A stretch of 30,110 bases of DNA from an uncultured Eubacteriales bacterium (GTDB lineage: Bacteria > Bacillota > Clostridia > Christensenellales > DTU072), in NCBI GenBank assembly GCA_902766325.1, contig CACXDF010000220.1, positions 1 through 30,110 on the forward strand. Reading direction: 5' to 3'. The position numbers and the translations under genes were made by a program. How positions within the stretch are numbered: the first letter of the stretch is position 1; each line of letters opens with the position of its first letter. Below, one piece after another: positions 9,701-19,200 of this stretch. A model generated the notes under the pieces. That model was not told where the DNA came from and did not search any database. It was given only the letters and a program-made list of their open reading frames with translations.

Positions 9701-12700
9701 GATCGAGATATACGGGGCTTATAAGCAGAATTATGAGTTCTATTTCCCCGGACAGGGCGAAACTTCGTCATATTTGTACGTTTGGCCGCAAATATTGTCG
9801 CTGGAAGTCGATTATCATCAGCAAATCGGCTATTCGGGCGACGCGATGATCCCCGATTACAACGTTTATAACGAAGATCACGACGAAATGACGGGAGCGA
9901 CTATGGGCTTGTATATCGCAGGTTACTATTATGCGGACGCCGCCGGCAAGATCCACGTTTTCGTAAACGAATTCACGCAAGACGGTTCTGCGATCGCTTC
10001 TACCAGACCCGCCGTCTTTGCGACCGCCGCCGGAGAGGAAGAAACTGCGGACGCGTATTACTACTTTTTGCAAGGCGACGAAAGAATATATGTTTACTGC
10101 GAAGGAACGTCCTGTTTCTATTACGCCGATAATAACTCCGCCGGATCGAAAGTGTATCTGAGCGATCCTGTTACGATTGACGACACTTATCAAGCGACTT
10201 GTCTAAACGTGATAGACGGAAAAGAGATCTATATATGGATCAACGAGGATTCCGCCGCGGCAGGCTGTTCGGAAGTAAACAGCGTTATCGACGTTTATAT
10301 GGCGGATATGACGAAAGGCGGTTATATCCTTAAAGTTTCGGCAAAGCCGGATAACGCTCAAGGATGTAGCGAAACGAACTACAGAGAGAGTCAAAAAGCG
10401 ATCATTCTTTTTGATATTCTCAGTACTATCGTTAAATTGGACGATGAAAAAATATATATCGAAAAGAAATTCGACGGTTCCGTTTATGGATCGAGAAACG
10501 ACGATAGTTTGTATTTTAACAGTTTCTTTATTAACGAAAACGCCGGCGCGCACGTCGAAACGAAGATGGGTTGGGGTTGGGTCAGTATAGAAAAGTATTA
10601 TTACAACCCCCGCACTTCCGCCGCTACGATAGCCGGCATGAACGGTATTACGTACGAAAGCGCTTTTTCCGCGGCGGACAGGACCGACTGGGGACGTCTT
10701 ATCGACTATGAGGATGGCGATCTCGTATCTGCCGGATGGTATATTCTTTTGATGAAAGCGTCTATCAGCGACGGTACCTCTACGGACGGTCGTTTTGACA
10801 GAAACATGATCGGAAATATCGGTTTCAAAGCGGTGCCCGCGTTTACTTTCGGAGAGACGGAATACGCGAGCGACGATACTACCATTTACTTTATCGTGTA
10901 CCTGGCGCGTTCCCGCGCGGACGACTACCAGTTCGATTTGACTGTAGAAGGTTTACGGGAGGAAAACGATATAAATATCTCCGGTATCGATAAAGTCTAT
11001 TCCAAGTCGTACGATAAAACTCAAAACGATTATGATTTTATTTTGAGAGTTACGAACAGAGATTCGTCGAAAGGTCAGATCGTCAGCGTGACCGCGTCCG
11101 TATCCCGTTATGCGGATATGACCGCCGCAGAAGACTTTTTTACCACGAGAAGAAACGTTAAGAACGCGCCGTACGTCTTCGGAGAAGAAAACGGTTACGC
11201 TATCGGCGACAGCACGTCCGGAAGCGACGGAACGGCTTATTTCTATAATAAAATAAGCGGTTCTTTGTACAATTTGACTTCCGATATCGACTTTAAGATC
11301 GGGAAGACGTATTACGAATTGAACAGTGCGTTTATCGAATATTTGAATCTTTCTTCCGAAATGCAGTCGTATATGCTGAATTCGTATGAAGATCCTAACG
11401 GCGCATCGTTCTATCTTCGCTTTAAGGTCAACGATCGAAATTCCGGTTATTACGATAATAACTATGCCGAAAAGACGTTTGTTTTCGCTGTTTGTATCAG
11501 AAAAGCCGAGCTTCAGGTTCGTATAATAACGAAAGAGATCCCGCCGGAAGAAAACAACGGTATTTCGGGCGAACGTTACGAATCCAGCAAATATTACGGC
11601 GAGGCTCCGCAATCCGTTGAATATAAATTCGGTTTTGAGTTTATCGGTTGGAACGCCGGCGATGAAAACCTTATGTCTTTCTATAGCGAAGATATGTACC
11701 CCGTCATCAACTGGAACGGCATTACGGCAAGCAGCCCGGCAGGTAGCGATTATCACATATACGCCGCGAGCGGGCCCAATACCGTAGAACTCGATAACTA
11801 CGTTATGGTGTACGAGCAGGCGACTCAATTCGTTATTTTACGTCGAGCGCCGACCGTTTCTTTCGAGGCGACGCAGGTCTATCAAGGCAAGGCGCTTACG
11901 CCGACGGTTATTCGTGTGGGTATTGACGGACAGAATCTCGACGATTCTTCTTCGGGCAATCCGGATATACTCGACGCTAACGATATAACGATCAGACGTA
12001 AAGGTATGTATAACGCCGGAAGAGGCCGGTTCTGGTATACGACGGTCAACGATCCGTTAACGAAAATTTACGATACGATCCCTGCCGGAGGACTGCCTAT
12101 CTCCGCGATTTATTCTTCGAATTTCGACGATGCGTTCGTCAGCGTAGGCAGCACTTATGACGTCGGATTGTATTTATATGAAGTTTCGTTCGGCAGAAGT
12201 TCGAACTATCTTGCCATAGAGCCGACTTATTATTTATTCGAGGTCACAAAAGCTCCTTTGACGCTCAAATTCTGGGATATCAACTCGAATAACGCTTTTC
12301 GTGGCTATGCCGAAAAGATATACGATAAGAGCACGACGAATTATCCTCTTTTCGTCGTAGCGTACGAGGGATTCGTCGGAGGGGACGATTCCGCCGCCAA
12401 TAAAGCACCGCAGACGATCATGTATTATCGTACGTCAAACGGAGAGACGACGGGGATAAGAAGTATCGGACTCATCAATCCTTATTACGTCTTTGTCGAC
12501 GGAGAAACCGGTAAAGAATCGGTCGGGAATTATGCGGACGACTATATTTATCCTATCGACATTATTAAGGATTCGGGCGGTAACGTCATACCGTACTATG
12601 TAAAACTGATCCTGTCGGATACCTATGGTATAGCGGATAACTATTATATTTCGGTAGATTATTTCAAAAACGATGCGAACAAGGTTTTGTATCCGGAAAT

Positions 12701-14891
12701 GGTCATAACGCCCAGACCCGTCATCGTTACTTTTGACAGTACGAAAGACAGGATAGCGAAGATATACGACGGAACTACGGCGGTCATCGCAAAATCCGTA
12801 ACGAATGCAAACTACTTATTCGCGCCGAAACCGGGCGATGAGAAGTCCGGTCTGATCGCAGGAGACGAAATACTTTTGGACGTCGATTATAACGCCAGCA
12901 GGTATTCTCGTAAGGACGTTTATGAACAAACGGTCGATCCGGTCACCGGAGAAACGGTTTTCGTTAAGTCGGACGTTATCGTCACGGTTTATGCAAGCGA
13001 TCAGCTTCTCGGCGCACAAAAGAACAATTATAAATTGTTCTGGGAAGACGAAAACGATAAACGGATACAACTTCTCGGTACTATCAGCCAGGCGAAGGCG
13101 ACCGTTCAGTTCTTCGCGGACGAGACGATGAGGTCGCAGGTCAGATCGCGCGTCAGCGTCGTCTATAACGGCGAACGTCAGCCTGTCTATAAAAACGTCT
13201 TCGGCGTGCCGATCTACAACGATCGGAACGAGATCGTCGGATACGAAACGATCGACTATTCCCAACGCTATTATTCGGAAGAGACGATGTACGACAGCGA
13301 CACGTTACCGCCGATAAACTGCGCCGAATACATCTATGAATTGACGGTCAAAAACGATACCCTCGCCAACAGAAACTACCTGGCGGAAACGTCTTGGATA
13401 CGCCTCGAAATAGGGCTTGCAGACGTTACTATCGTTTTCGGCGGAGACGCTATGCAGACGTACGGCGATATCGGATTGGGGTTGACCGCAGTGGCAAACG
13501 GTATCGGCGGTTATTCCGAACGTCAGGAAGTAGCTTATTTCTCCTCGTACACGCCGAAAGCCGTCTATAACGATAACGGAGATATATTATACTACGTCGA
13601 CGATCAGGACGGTTTCAGCGGTCTGATTCCCGATATTACGCGCGCTTTTGCCGGGACGTACTTTGCTCGCGTTATTTATCAAAGAACGACGAACTTCCGG
13701 GATTCGTTTGCGTATGAAGAGTTTACCATACTTCCGAGAGAAACCGTCTGTTCTTTCGGCTCGCTTGCCGAAGAATACCCGTATTCCGGCGAGACCCCGG
13801 AAATCGAGTTCTATATAATGTACGAAGAAGAACGTATCGCCGTACCGCAAGTGCTTTATAACGTGGCGAGAAACGGCGTTATGGAACCGTACAATTATAC
13901 GATTTCGGACGGCGTTATTACGAACATAAGGTCCGATCGCACGCCGATCAACGTCGGGGAATATCAAGTCAAACCTTATGATCAAGCATTGAGTAACTTT
14001 ATTATCAATAATGCGACGTGGATCGACTTCAAGATCACGAAAGTCGACGTGCTTATTACCGTAGAAAACGCTTCGATCCTGGTCGGAGAAGATTATACGC
14101 CGCAGTATTCCGTTTTGAGTTCTTCTACCAAAGAGAACGTTGTGTCCGTGCTGCGCGGAAGGATCCAGTTACGCTATTACGATGCGGTGACGGGAGAGGA
14201 GTTGGATTCCAAGCCTACGAAAGCCGGTACGTATAAAGTCATGCCGGAAGAGATCGCTTTGGAAAACTATAACGTCCACAGTCAATGGGGTACGCTCGTT
14301 ATTAATAATAACGAGATCAACGCCTCGATGCCCGGACAAACCTCGTCCGCCGACAACTACGTCATGATCGTCGGTTCTTTCGGACAGGATACGAAAATAA
14401 CCGTCAGCGAAGCGCAAAACGTGCCTGAATCCGATATTTCGCGCTTGTTCGACTCGTATAAAGAGAACAATAAAGAAATGGAAGGGTATTATTTGTCGAG
14501 CGTATTCGTATTCTCGATCGAAAATTACACATATACCGGAACGGAGGATACGGGATTCACGATCAAAATCAAAGTCCCCGGGTTGTCGAGTATCATCCAT
14601 CGTTCGTCCGAAACGGCGCAGAATGTCGCTTACGCCGCCGAAGAAGATGTCTATGTCGCCGTGTTCTATGAAGACGGAAGTATGCAGATCGTGTCGGCAA
14701 CGATCGAGGATGACGACAGCTTATCGTTCGAGACTTCTTCTTCGCATGTGAAAGCCATCAGTATTCTTACGATGGAAGATCCGTACGCCGTTCAGGAAGT
14801 AAACCTCGATTGGCTTATGTACCTGTTTATCGGAATAGGCGTTTTGGCTCTCGGACTTGCGCTGCTCCTGGTGCTTAAAAGGAATGGATAA
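3723..14891 (+). CDS. Gene A: giant (3722 aa) secreted, C-terminally membrane-anchored adhesin-like protein with MBG- and YDG-type repeats
   Basis: N-terminal MKKNK + hydrophobic stretch + AHA/EA (signal peptide or anchor). Cys cluster at aa 184-284. MBG-like units (e.g. VTKAPLTL...AEKIYD...YEGFVGGDD at ~12243; KPTKAGTYKV...LENYNV...GTLVI near 14215-14300). Clear YDG-like unit (ITPRPVIV...AKIYDGTT...GLIAGDEI...LLGAQKNNYKL, ~12705-13090). C-terminal TM WLMYLFIGIGVLALGLALLLVL (14811-14876) + KRNG; no LPxTG. Confidence 0.85.
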   Translation: MKKNKINSPAKVIIAIAVVFLLLLIVFLGTSKRALENNPTEIAHAEAVKATSGRITFSFEEPQLIHSNGSEYQLGEPVYVDLATESDWIGNIVDNFRTSISYSSTEYTVNRPAYYNAASGSPTSYFKRNNYTDSEDKTRSWSVRDVLEIRSDNGATPISGNHPINNGSSYVSAVARGEVMSFYCETCHANKSASEIQYHVCSACHAQLTAVGTANNNKYAVKCSNTSCPNNNKIFMTGNVCPGCGGTTTISNGIKTCTRSTCALRNKEFIDYYDNTVVLCNNGHTITPSHPGTETEPWEKFKVETPKDIGDAEHFKLSVASLKISGYDWTGKKITNKEIYDGTDLTDDVLAGIYYVSYVKFNLTADVEYYSGYSYCDLDCYQSYYDLEGNDGSSIKNFWIECSPTTTHASFNANSFGNKLEYTYAQGKMPIVCTSSIVLDSTKISQRVNNNLVNVDDYVAVYNPSINWSDKIGLYKSTSFDIPGEFHYSLGLVDRAPFTLKKGITNSEIPNSTLNVPLGDGTVADFLKIEWYHDAKLNNPVDDNSVVESGDYYIVILPTGGSDSNFNLNLINNYTGESGFDFKKNLIRFIYSDGTNMQEITDVTQNGVTSVYVQHFCVSKTKLKVDVVNNYGGQLIATSKMFERYYDKIPLTGLNAGSDLPSDIMYYQQIPEGSGNYVLQGNIDDNGTFTPGHYSPGVVYYTQDGTEDNPVYVKVPLSGLTVNNELPTDMVFYKKGLDDNYIPIRQYINDEIYTLNYTAMKNAAELFQRTVKEDLSKSAWTEKMGGFAHDYPYYDLNTFSFSGTMFPDPNPGVYDSLILSVSFNDSSFNNNYCIELGEFDNYGNWNPYSYVETENQSYFLGSFVDPESGMIHYQYRFFHPEGNKFTVYSPPVEITVDEQFGHTFSYGEIFDYTEIDTSIFGLEGEVAYDAVNDYYTFGSADWVIKIVNNKNDAVSMENKNVIYIVASFYILSDELSYGYQDGYVSKAEEGLYESRYYRIYTNRLYPFSYNEDSQSYSDGGRYFLSYYVMAKPISGDATYIPTGDGLTAVWDVAADNPNPIDHTKTADERLVDALVAFRMEDPFNANPYEININKLDVYYNVVDYAPEKYYDGTNAVYAPNYIAAVGGKDYFAGATISRDPGDTIFYEYDEGTDRYYETLDTVFGNSKTYYIVSRFKPAVKGSDYTAGATVSSNSKVFYEYFSVDGQYYQTRDEVFSGSKEYYLKLPNRSCELELFVLDPTTTFTPREARNEQGETHLCHSVLEYDLFTYFESIAWISYQNERIGDQSIILNGEIDSMTGELMYFTSHFTGSQTEPNNAIRSYKVKESLFYRNVEQSDFCGVIKPLSLRVTVLPDLERLASDQEGYSPAYYSRPYHSFSGVAIMVADHNATDASGQHNMTNVYKENALYPVSDSELALRPELADYYYAYYLDADDFRHVIGFVFYGDMLRIASERKIKFIRLKIEDGFLENEGFYWQGEAGFGDWQFPVGYKDFLYNPIIGESDALTRDKEKDFIYWYNAGKADAAAGINGATAVPIGYDTAYNGSDVSDFYILHLDYEYSVTNYVITYFNAGAETTDYKADSWFTFAVTKAILTPEDIDLIILPDENPSVGKYLQYNSCSHYTDIVMAEPNLTYVTFYGHPELSDFYNYDATTGTFSGAFCDTLELTYQGVLAKTQYQLRGWIIDTYVSGGVSYDNLRGTSLLTRIDRNNNLPDFDFDSIVLKKGNYNRDGRFLTVISFTYKTPDGNVTVTGDDITDKMKSFTLAGTYVVGITIPESSNYSAVKGATMEFTVSSATVRVYTTVASRKYMEEYDETKEIGFVDSSPSRMIFVDSEEELETYEAYIDADNGEIYLDKASIPSGRAYYKVYVYHNPFVLATGTFSAGTLYYQLRNGVYENATVTVGNTIPANSYYVKSSNKSDWTYDIDTTYVIYCGIQHRDGIASNPLETFGVQDAYASVRNNIESFLQKDGQDRLIDEARIYGRENIVGLPEVAIEIYGAYKQNYEFYFPGQGETSSYLYVWPQILSLEVDYHQQIGYSGDAMIPDYNVYNEDHDEMTGATMGLYIAGYYYADAAGKIHVFVNEFTQDGSAIASTRPAVFATAAGEEETADAYYYFLQGDERIYVYCEGTSCFYYADNNSAGSKVYLSDPVTIDDTYQATCLNVIDGKEIYIWINEDSAAAGCSEVNSVIDVYMADMTKGGYILKVSAKPDNAQGCSETNYRESQKAIILFDILSTIVKLDDEKIYIEKKFDGSVYGSRNDDSLYFNSFFINENAGAHVETKMGWGWVSIEKYYYNPRTSAATIAGMNGITYESAFSAADRTDWGRLIDYEDGDLVSAGWYILLMKASISDGTSTDGRFDRNMIGNIGFKAVPAFTFGETEYASDDTTIYFIVYLARSRADDYQFDLTVEGLREENDINISGIDKVYSKSYDKTQNDYDFILRVTNRDSSKGQIVSVTASVSRYADMTAAEDFFTTRRNVKNAPYVFGEENGYAIGDSTSGSDGTAYFYNKISGSLYNLTSDIDFKIGKTYYELNSAFIEYLNLSSEMQSYMLNSYEDPNGASFYLRFKVNDRNSGYYDNNYAEKTFVFAVCIRKAELQVRIITKEIPPEENNGISGERYESSKYYGEAPQSVEYKFGFEFIGWNAGDENLMSFYSEDMYPVINWNGITASSPAGSDYHIYAASGPNTVELDNYVMVYEQATQFVILRRAPTVSFEATQVYQGKALTPTVIRVGIDGQNLDDSSSGNPDILDANDITIRRKGMYNAGRGRFWYTTVNDPLTKIYDTIPAGGLPISAIYSSNFDDAFVSVGSTYDVGLYLYEVSFGRSSNYLAIEPTYYLFEVTKAPLTLKFWDINSNNAFRGYAEKIYDKSTTNYPLFVVAYEGFVGGDDSAANKAPQTIMYYRTSNGETTGIRSIGLINPYYVFVDGETGKESVGNYADDYIYPIDIIKDSGGNVIPYYVKLILSDTYGIADNYYISVDYFKNDANKVLYPEMVITPRPVIVTFDSTKDRIAKIYDGTTAVIAKSVTNANYLFAPKPGDEKSGLIAGDEILLDVDYNASRYSRKDVYEQTVDPVTGETVFVKSDVIVTVYASDQLLGAQKNNYKLFWEDENDKRIQLLGTISQAKATVQFFADETMRSQVRSRVSVVYNGERQPVYKNVFGVPIYNDRNEIVGYETIDYSQRYYSEETMYDSDTLPPINCAEYIYELTVKNDTLANRNYLAETSWIRLEIGLADVTIVFGGDAMQTYGDIGLGLTAVANGIGGYSERQEVAYFSSYTPKAVYNDNGDILYYVDDQDGFSGLIPDITRAFAGTYFARVIYQRTTNFRDSFAYEEFTILPRETVCSFGSLAEEYPYSGETPEIEFYIMYEEERIAVPQVLYNVARNGVMEPYNYTISDGVITNIRSDRTPINVGEYQVKPYDQALSNFIINNATWIDFKITKVDVLITVENASILVGEDYTPQYSVLSSSTKENVVSVLRGRIQLRYYDAVTGEELDSKPTKAGTYKVMPEEIALENYNVHSQWGTLVINNNEINASMPGQTSSADNYVMIVGSFGQDTKITVSEAQNVPESDISRLFDSYKENNKEMEGYYLSSVFVFSIENYTYTGTEDTGFTIKIKVPGLSSIIHRSSETAQNVAYAAEEDVYVAVFYEDGSMQIVSATIEDDDSLSFETSSSHVKAISILTMEDPYAVQEVNLDWLMYLFIGIGVLALGLALLLVLKRNG
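4272..4574 (+). other. Cys/His-rich putative metal-binding cluster in gene A (aa 184-284)
   Basis: CETCH (4272-4286), CSACH (4323-4337), CSNTSC (4389-4406), CPGC (4443-4454), CTRSTC (4491-4508), CNNGH (4560-4574). Confidence 0.7.
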
Positions 14892-14893
14892 TA

Positions 14894-16114
14894 ATGAATA
14901 AAAAGGTCGTTTTTAAATATAAATTTGTTGTTTTTATCGTGTTATTTATTGCGTTGGCGGCGTCGTTTTTATTCGGCGTCGCGCCGCGGGAAAACGCGTA
15001 CGCCGCGCGTCAAAAAGTAATGACCGCGGAACAGTCCGAGGACGTGGTATATTGCGGAAAAAACTTCATCGACGCATCAGGCAAACTATGCGATACGGAC
15101 GTGGACGCGCCCGGTTTTAATAACGATCTTTTTGACTCTTTCGTATTTAAATTGGACGGACAGGAGATCGACGTCTCCGTCGAAGACGTTTTGTTCGAGA
15201 CGATCTCTTCCGTTCAAAATCCCGGTCAATACGCGCTCCCCGTTACCGTTTTTTACGATAACGTCTATTATCGCGTTTCTTCCGTGAATTTTGCTATCAA
15301 AAAGAGAACCGTCACGGTGTTGACGCTTCTGAACGGAAAAACGGATCTGACCGTAAACGAGGGAGATGATATTTCGATCTCGTACGACTATCAGAACGCC
15401 GTTCCGGCGCATACGATGCAAGTATCGCATAACGGGGTATCCGTAACGGAAATCAGATCGGAGTACATTACGATACCGGCATGGACGGACGTCGATATAA
15501 CGAGACCTATCGAAAACTGTCACGTGGTTGCGGCGCATGCGGAAAGCGATTATTACGATTTCGTTTATACGGGCGCTATCCTTACGATCCTGCCCGCCAC
15601 GGTAAAAACGCTTAGTTTTTCGGATGAAAAATCGACGCGTCTCGTACTTGTCGGGGATTTCAGCGTACTTCATTCCATGCGGTATACCGATATCGGGATC
15701 GATCCTTCCGGAGAGGATTTTTCCGTTATCAGCGCCAATGCTGACGTCATCTATAAAGACACCGGATTTTTCGATAAATATGAAAAAAAGGGCTGTTTTT
15801 CAGTCGAAATGTTTTATAATAACAACGTCGTAACGGAAAGCGTACCGGCCGAAGTCGCCATCCTCGCGTCTTCTTTGGATACGTCGAAAAAATACAAGGT
15901 CGTAGCCCTGTATAACAACGGCCGGAGCGAAGTTCTCGACGCAAAATTAAACGACGGATTCTTGCGTTTTAACGCTTCCGATATGGGCGATTTTATTATC
16001 GTTTCCGAGATACAGGGCTTAAGTATAACTTATTACGTTCTTGTGATCGTCGGCGCCGTCGCGCTTATCGTTATCATCATCTTGCTTATTTCTGTTTTTC
16101 GTAGAAAATATTAA
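14894..16114 (+). CDS. Gene B: 406-aa surface protein (signal peptide, 1-2 MBG-like domains, juxtamembrane beta-domain, C-terminal TM)
   Basis: Start overlaps A's tandem stops (TAATAATG, 14889-14896). Signal peptide ends in ENAYA-A. MBG-like QNPGQYALPVTV...AIKKRTVTV and DYYDFVYTGAILTI. TM YYVLVIVGAVALIVIIILLISVF + RRKY. Confidence 0.8.
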   Translation: MNKKVVFKYKFVVFIVLFIALAASFLFGVAPRENAYAARQKVMTAEQSEDVVYCGKNFIDASGKLCDTDVDAPGFNNDLFDSFVFKLDGQEIDVSVEDVLFETISSVQNPGQYALPVTVFYDNVYYRVSSVNFAIKKRTVTVLTLLNGKTDLTVNEGDDISISYDYQNAVPAHTMQVSHNGVSVTEIRSEYITIPAWTDVDITRPIENCHVVAAHAESDYYDFVYTGAILTILPATVKTLSFSDEKSTRLVLVGDFSVLHSMRYTDIGIDPSGEDFSVISANADVIYKDTGFFDKYEKKGCFSVEMFYNNNVVTESVPAEVAILASSLDTSKKYKVVALYNNGRSEVLDAKLNDGFLRFNASDMGDFIIVSEIQGLSITYYVLVIVGAVALIVIIILLISVFRRKY

Positions 16115-16156
16115 AAAAAAAGACGTTTCGGCAACCTTAATTTTTGGATTTTGCTC

Positions 16157-16190
16157 TTGCCTTTCTCGCGCGTGTATGATATTATATTAT
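16157..16190 (+). promoter_or_regulatory. Probable sigma-A promoter for gene C
   Basis: TTGCCT (16157-16162) - 17 nt - TATTAT (16180-16185), preceded by TG-n (extended -10); an alternative TATTAT lies at 16185-16190. GGAGG RBS at 16216-16220. Confidence 0.5.
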
Positions 16191-16224
16191 ATAAGCTATA
16201 GGTATGCCCTTTTTCGGAGGATAT

Positions 16225-19200
16225 ATGATGAGAAAGAAATCCGCTTCGGCACTTTTGATTTTACTGTTGGTTTGCTTCCTTTTGCTGACCTTATTTGCCT
16301 GTAACGACAGGAACGGTATTTCCCAAGAGTCGCCGATACAAAAGATCATCATTACCACTATGCCGAAAACGAATTATTACGTCGGAGATAAGTTCTCCGT
16401 CGGGAATGCCGATATCACCGTTTATTACGAAAACGGAAAGAGCGAACACGTTCCGCTTACGCTCAACATGATCTCCGGTTTCGACTCTAACGTCGTCGGC
16501 GATCAGATCCTTACCGTTTTTTACAAGAACCAGACGGCTTATCTCACCGTTAAAGTCTCCGTTGCTCCCGTTTATTCCGTTCAACTCGTTAATATGCCCG
16601 ATAAAACGAATTACGTTATCGGAGAATCTTTGGACGTCTCCGGGATGAAGATCCTCGTCACGTACAGTAATAACTACACCGAGATCATCGACGTCACCGA
16701 GGATATGATCTCGCTTTTCTCGACTGAAAGAGAAGGCGAGACGGAAATGACGGTATCTTACGGCGGAAAGTCCTGTATGGCTGCTTATTCGGTCGCGACA
16801 AAGACGGCGGACCATATCGAGATCAGTCTCGGCGATTCTTTCCGTATCGCTTACGTCGTCGGCGACGCTTTCGAACTTACCGGCGGCAGCTTTTTTGTCC
16901 ATTACAACGACAACACGTCGGAGTTCCTTGATTGGGACGCTCTTTACGAGCAGGGCGCGCTCACGTACGTTATCGAGAAAGAGACCAACAACGTCTTTAC
17001 TACGTCCGCATTGGAAAGAAACGTGTTTTTATACTACAAGGGAGAAAAATATCAAACGGCCGTTACGGTCGCGGCAAAGCGTCCGCAAGGCATTTCCGTC
17101 ATGTCGGATGCGCCCGATCAAATTTTGAAGGGCCATATCGATCTGACCGGGGGGCAACTCTACGTCGTTTATAACTCGAAACAAACCGGTTACGTCGCCC
17201 GCGTTAAGGACTCTACCGCCGAAGCGCGCCGCGCATACGCAAGCGGCGTCTGGAATACCGCTCGTTCCGCCTATTTCACGCTTAAAAACGGCGAATACGT
17301 CGGCGCCGCGAGCGACTTTGACAATAACGCCGTTTATTATACTTCTTCGGAAACCGCTTTTGCCGATCGCTATCAAACGCGTAAAGAATTTTTGTACGTA
17401 AAAAAGAATTCGACTTTTGAAAAAGCGCCCGAAGAATACGACGCCTCCGTCGTTTATTACATTCCTTCCAACGCTCGTCTTTTCGATTTCGACGATCAGA
17501 TCAACGTCGACGTGGTCTGGAACGATTTTGACATCAACGTCGTCGGAGAGTATTCTATTCGCTTGACCGTAGACGGAGCTTCGCTTGACTATCGCATTAA
17601 GGTTATAGCGCCTTCGCCGATCGCGTTGGAAGTCTATCCGACGGAAGGCGACGTGAACGTGGACGCCGTCACCGGCGCGTATTACGTCTATCAGGACGAG
17701 ACTATCCACGTCACCGACTGGGAATATAAGATCAAACAGAATAACGACACTTATTCCATTATTTCTTCCACAGGCGCTTATTCCGCAAACGTCACTTCGG
17801 AAATGTACGTCGGCAGTACTTTTATGACGAACCACGCCGTAGGAACGTACGACTATGATTTTTCTTTTACGACGGTGACCGGTATCACGCTTCGTTGTTC
17901 CGTGCCCGTGGAAGTTCGTCAAAGAGTTATCGTTTCCGCTACCGTAGTCAATCCGACCAGAGTCGTGTACAGCGTGGGCGACGAGGTCTCTTTGGCGGGC
18001 GGGTCCTTGCGCGTGCGCTATATTAACGGCGTCGAAGGTCAAACGATGTCTTTTACCGCCGATATGCTTTATGCCGAAGATCCTACCGGTAATTCGCCTG
18101 TTCGTTACGTCGCGCAGGACGGTTCCGTCGTTCCTCTCGTAAAAAGCGGCACGGACGCTTTTACCGCGAGCGTGGGAACGAGCAAACTCTATATCTACTA
18201 CGAGGACGCTTATTATAACACCTCTTATGCGACGGAATTCGATATCACCGTTATCGTCAAGGCGATCGCTATCGCTTTGAACGAAGATAAAGAAACCAAA
18301 AACGACTATATCCTCGGAGAAGACTTTTCGATGGCCAATTGGGAAGTCGTCATAACGTACGCCGACCAAAGTTACGCCACGGAAAACGATTTTTCCGACA
18401 GTCGGTGGACGATAGAAGGAAACGATCTCTCTACCGTCGGTACGCACACGATCACCCTTTATTACGGGGATAAGTCCGATAACGTGGCGTTGACGTACGT
18501 CTGTACCGTGCATAACGACATTGTTTCCGTTCGTCCGAACGTCGATTTTATCGGGTGCACGACGGAAGGAAAGGGTTTTGATTTCGAAGGATTGAACTTT
18601 GTGGCCGTCCGTGAAAACGGCGATGAAGAAAACGTTCCTATGGCGGCGATGACGATCTCGAAAACCAAAGCCGGAGCCTATGTTTCCGTTCCGACCGAAT
18701 ACGCGCCCGCTACATTCGTAAACGAAGAAAATTGGTCCGTTTACGGTCTGTCTCTATACGAAAAATCGGGAGGAAGTTACGTTTTTGCGACGGCTTTCGA
18801 CATTTCGAAAGAGTACTACTACGCCGTCGACAATATGACGAATATTTCTTTTACGTACAGCGGAAAAGAAGCGATCGTATCCTCTCTCGTCGTCAGCAGA
18901 CGAGTCGAAAGCGTGTTCGTCGCGGCGTACCCGGAAACGGAATACGTTCTTGCCTCCGCCGGAGAATGGGATCTGAGCGATCTTGTTTTGCAAATAGCTT
19001 TTGATAACGGCACGACGGCCGTCGTTAAGCACGCCGATACCGGCTCGACCGTTACTTTCTCTCAAAGCGGCGACAGGTACGTATTTACGCTCAACAATAT
19101 GACTTATTATTTTGAAGTTAAGACGGAAAGCGGCGTCAATTATTCTTTATCGGACATCAAAAACGACCTGCAATCGCAATCTGCGGAAGAATTTATCGAA

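Noticed and set aside
14760-14891. Sortase (LPxTG-type) anchor on gene A or B
   Set aside because: No such motif precedes either C-terminal TM segment.
16113-16145. Terminator between genes B and C
   Set aside because: Only an A-run, a 3-bp interrupted stem and a T5; too weak to call. Read-through into C remains possible.
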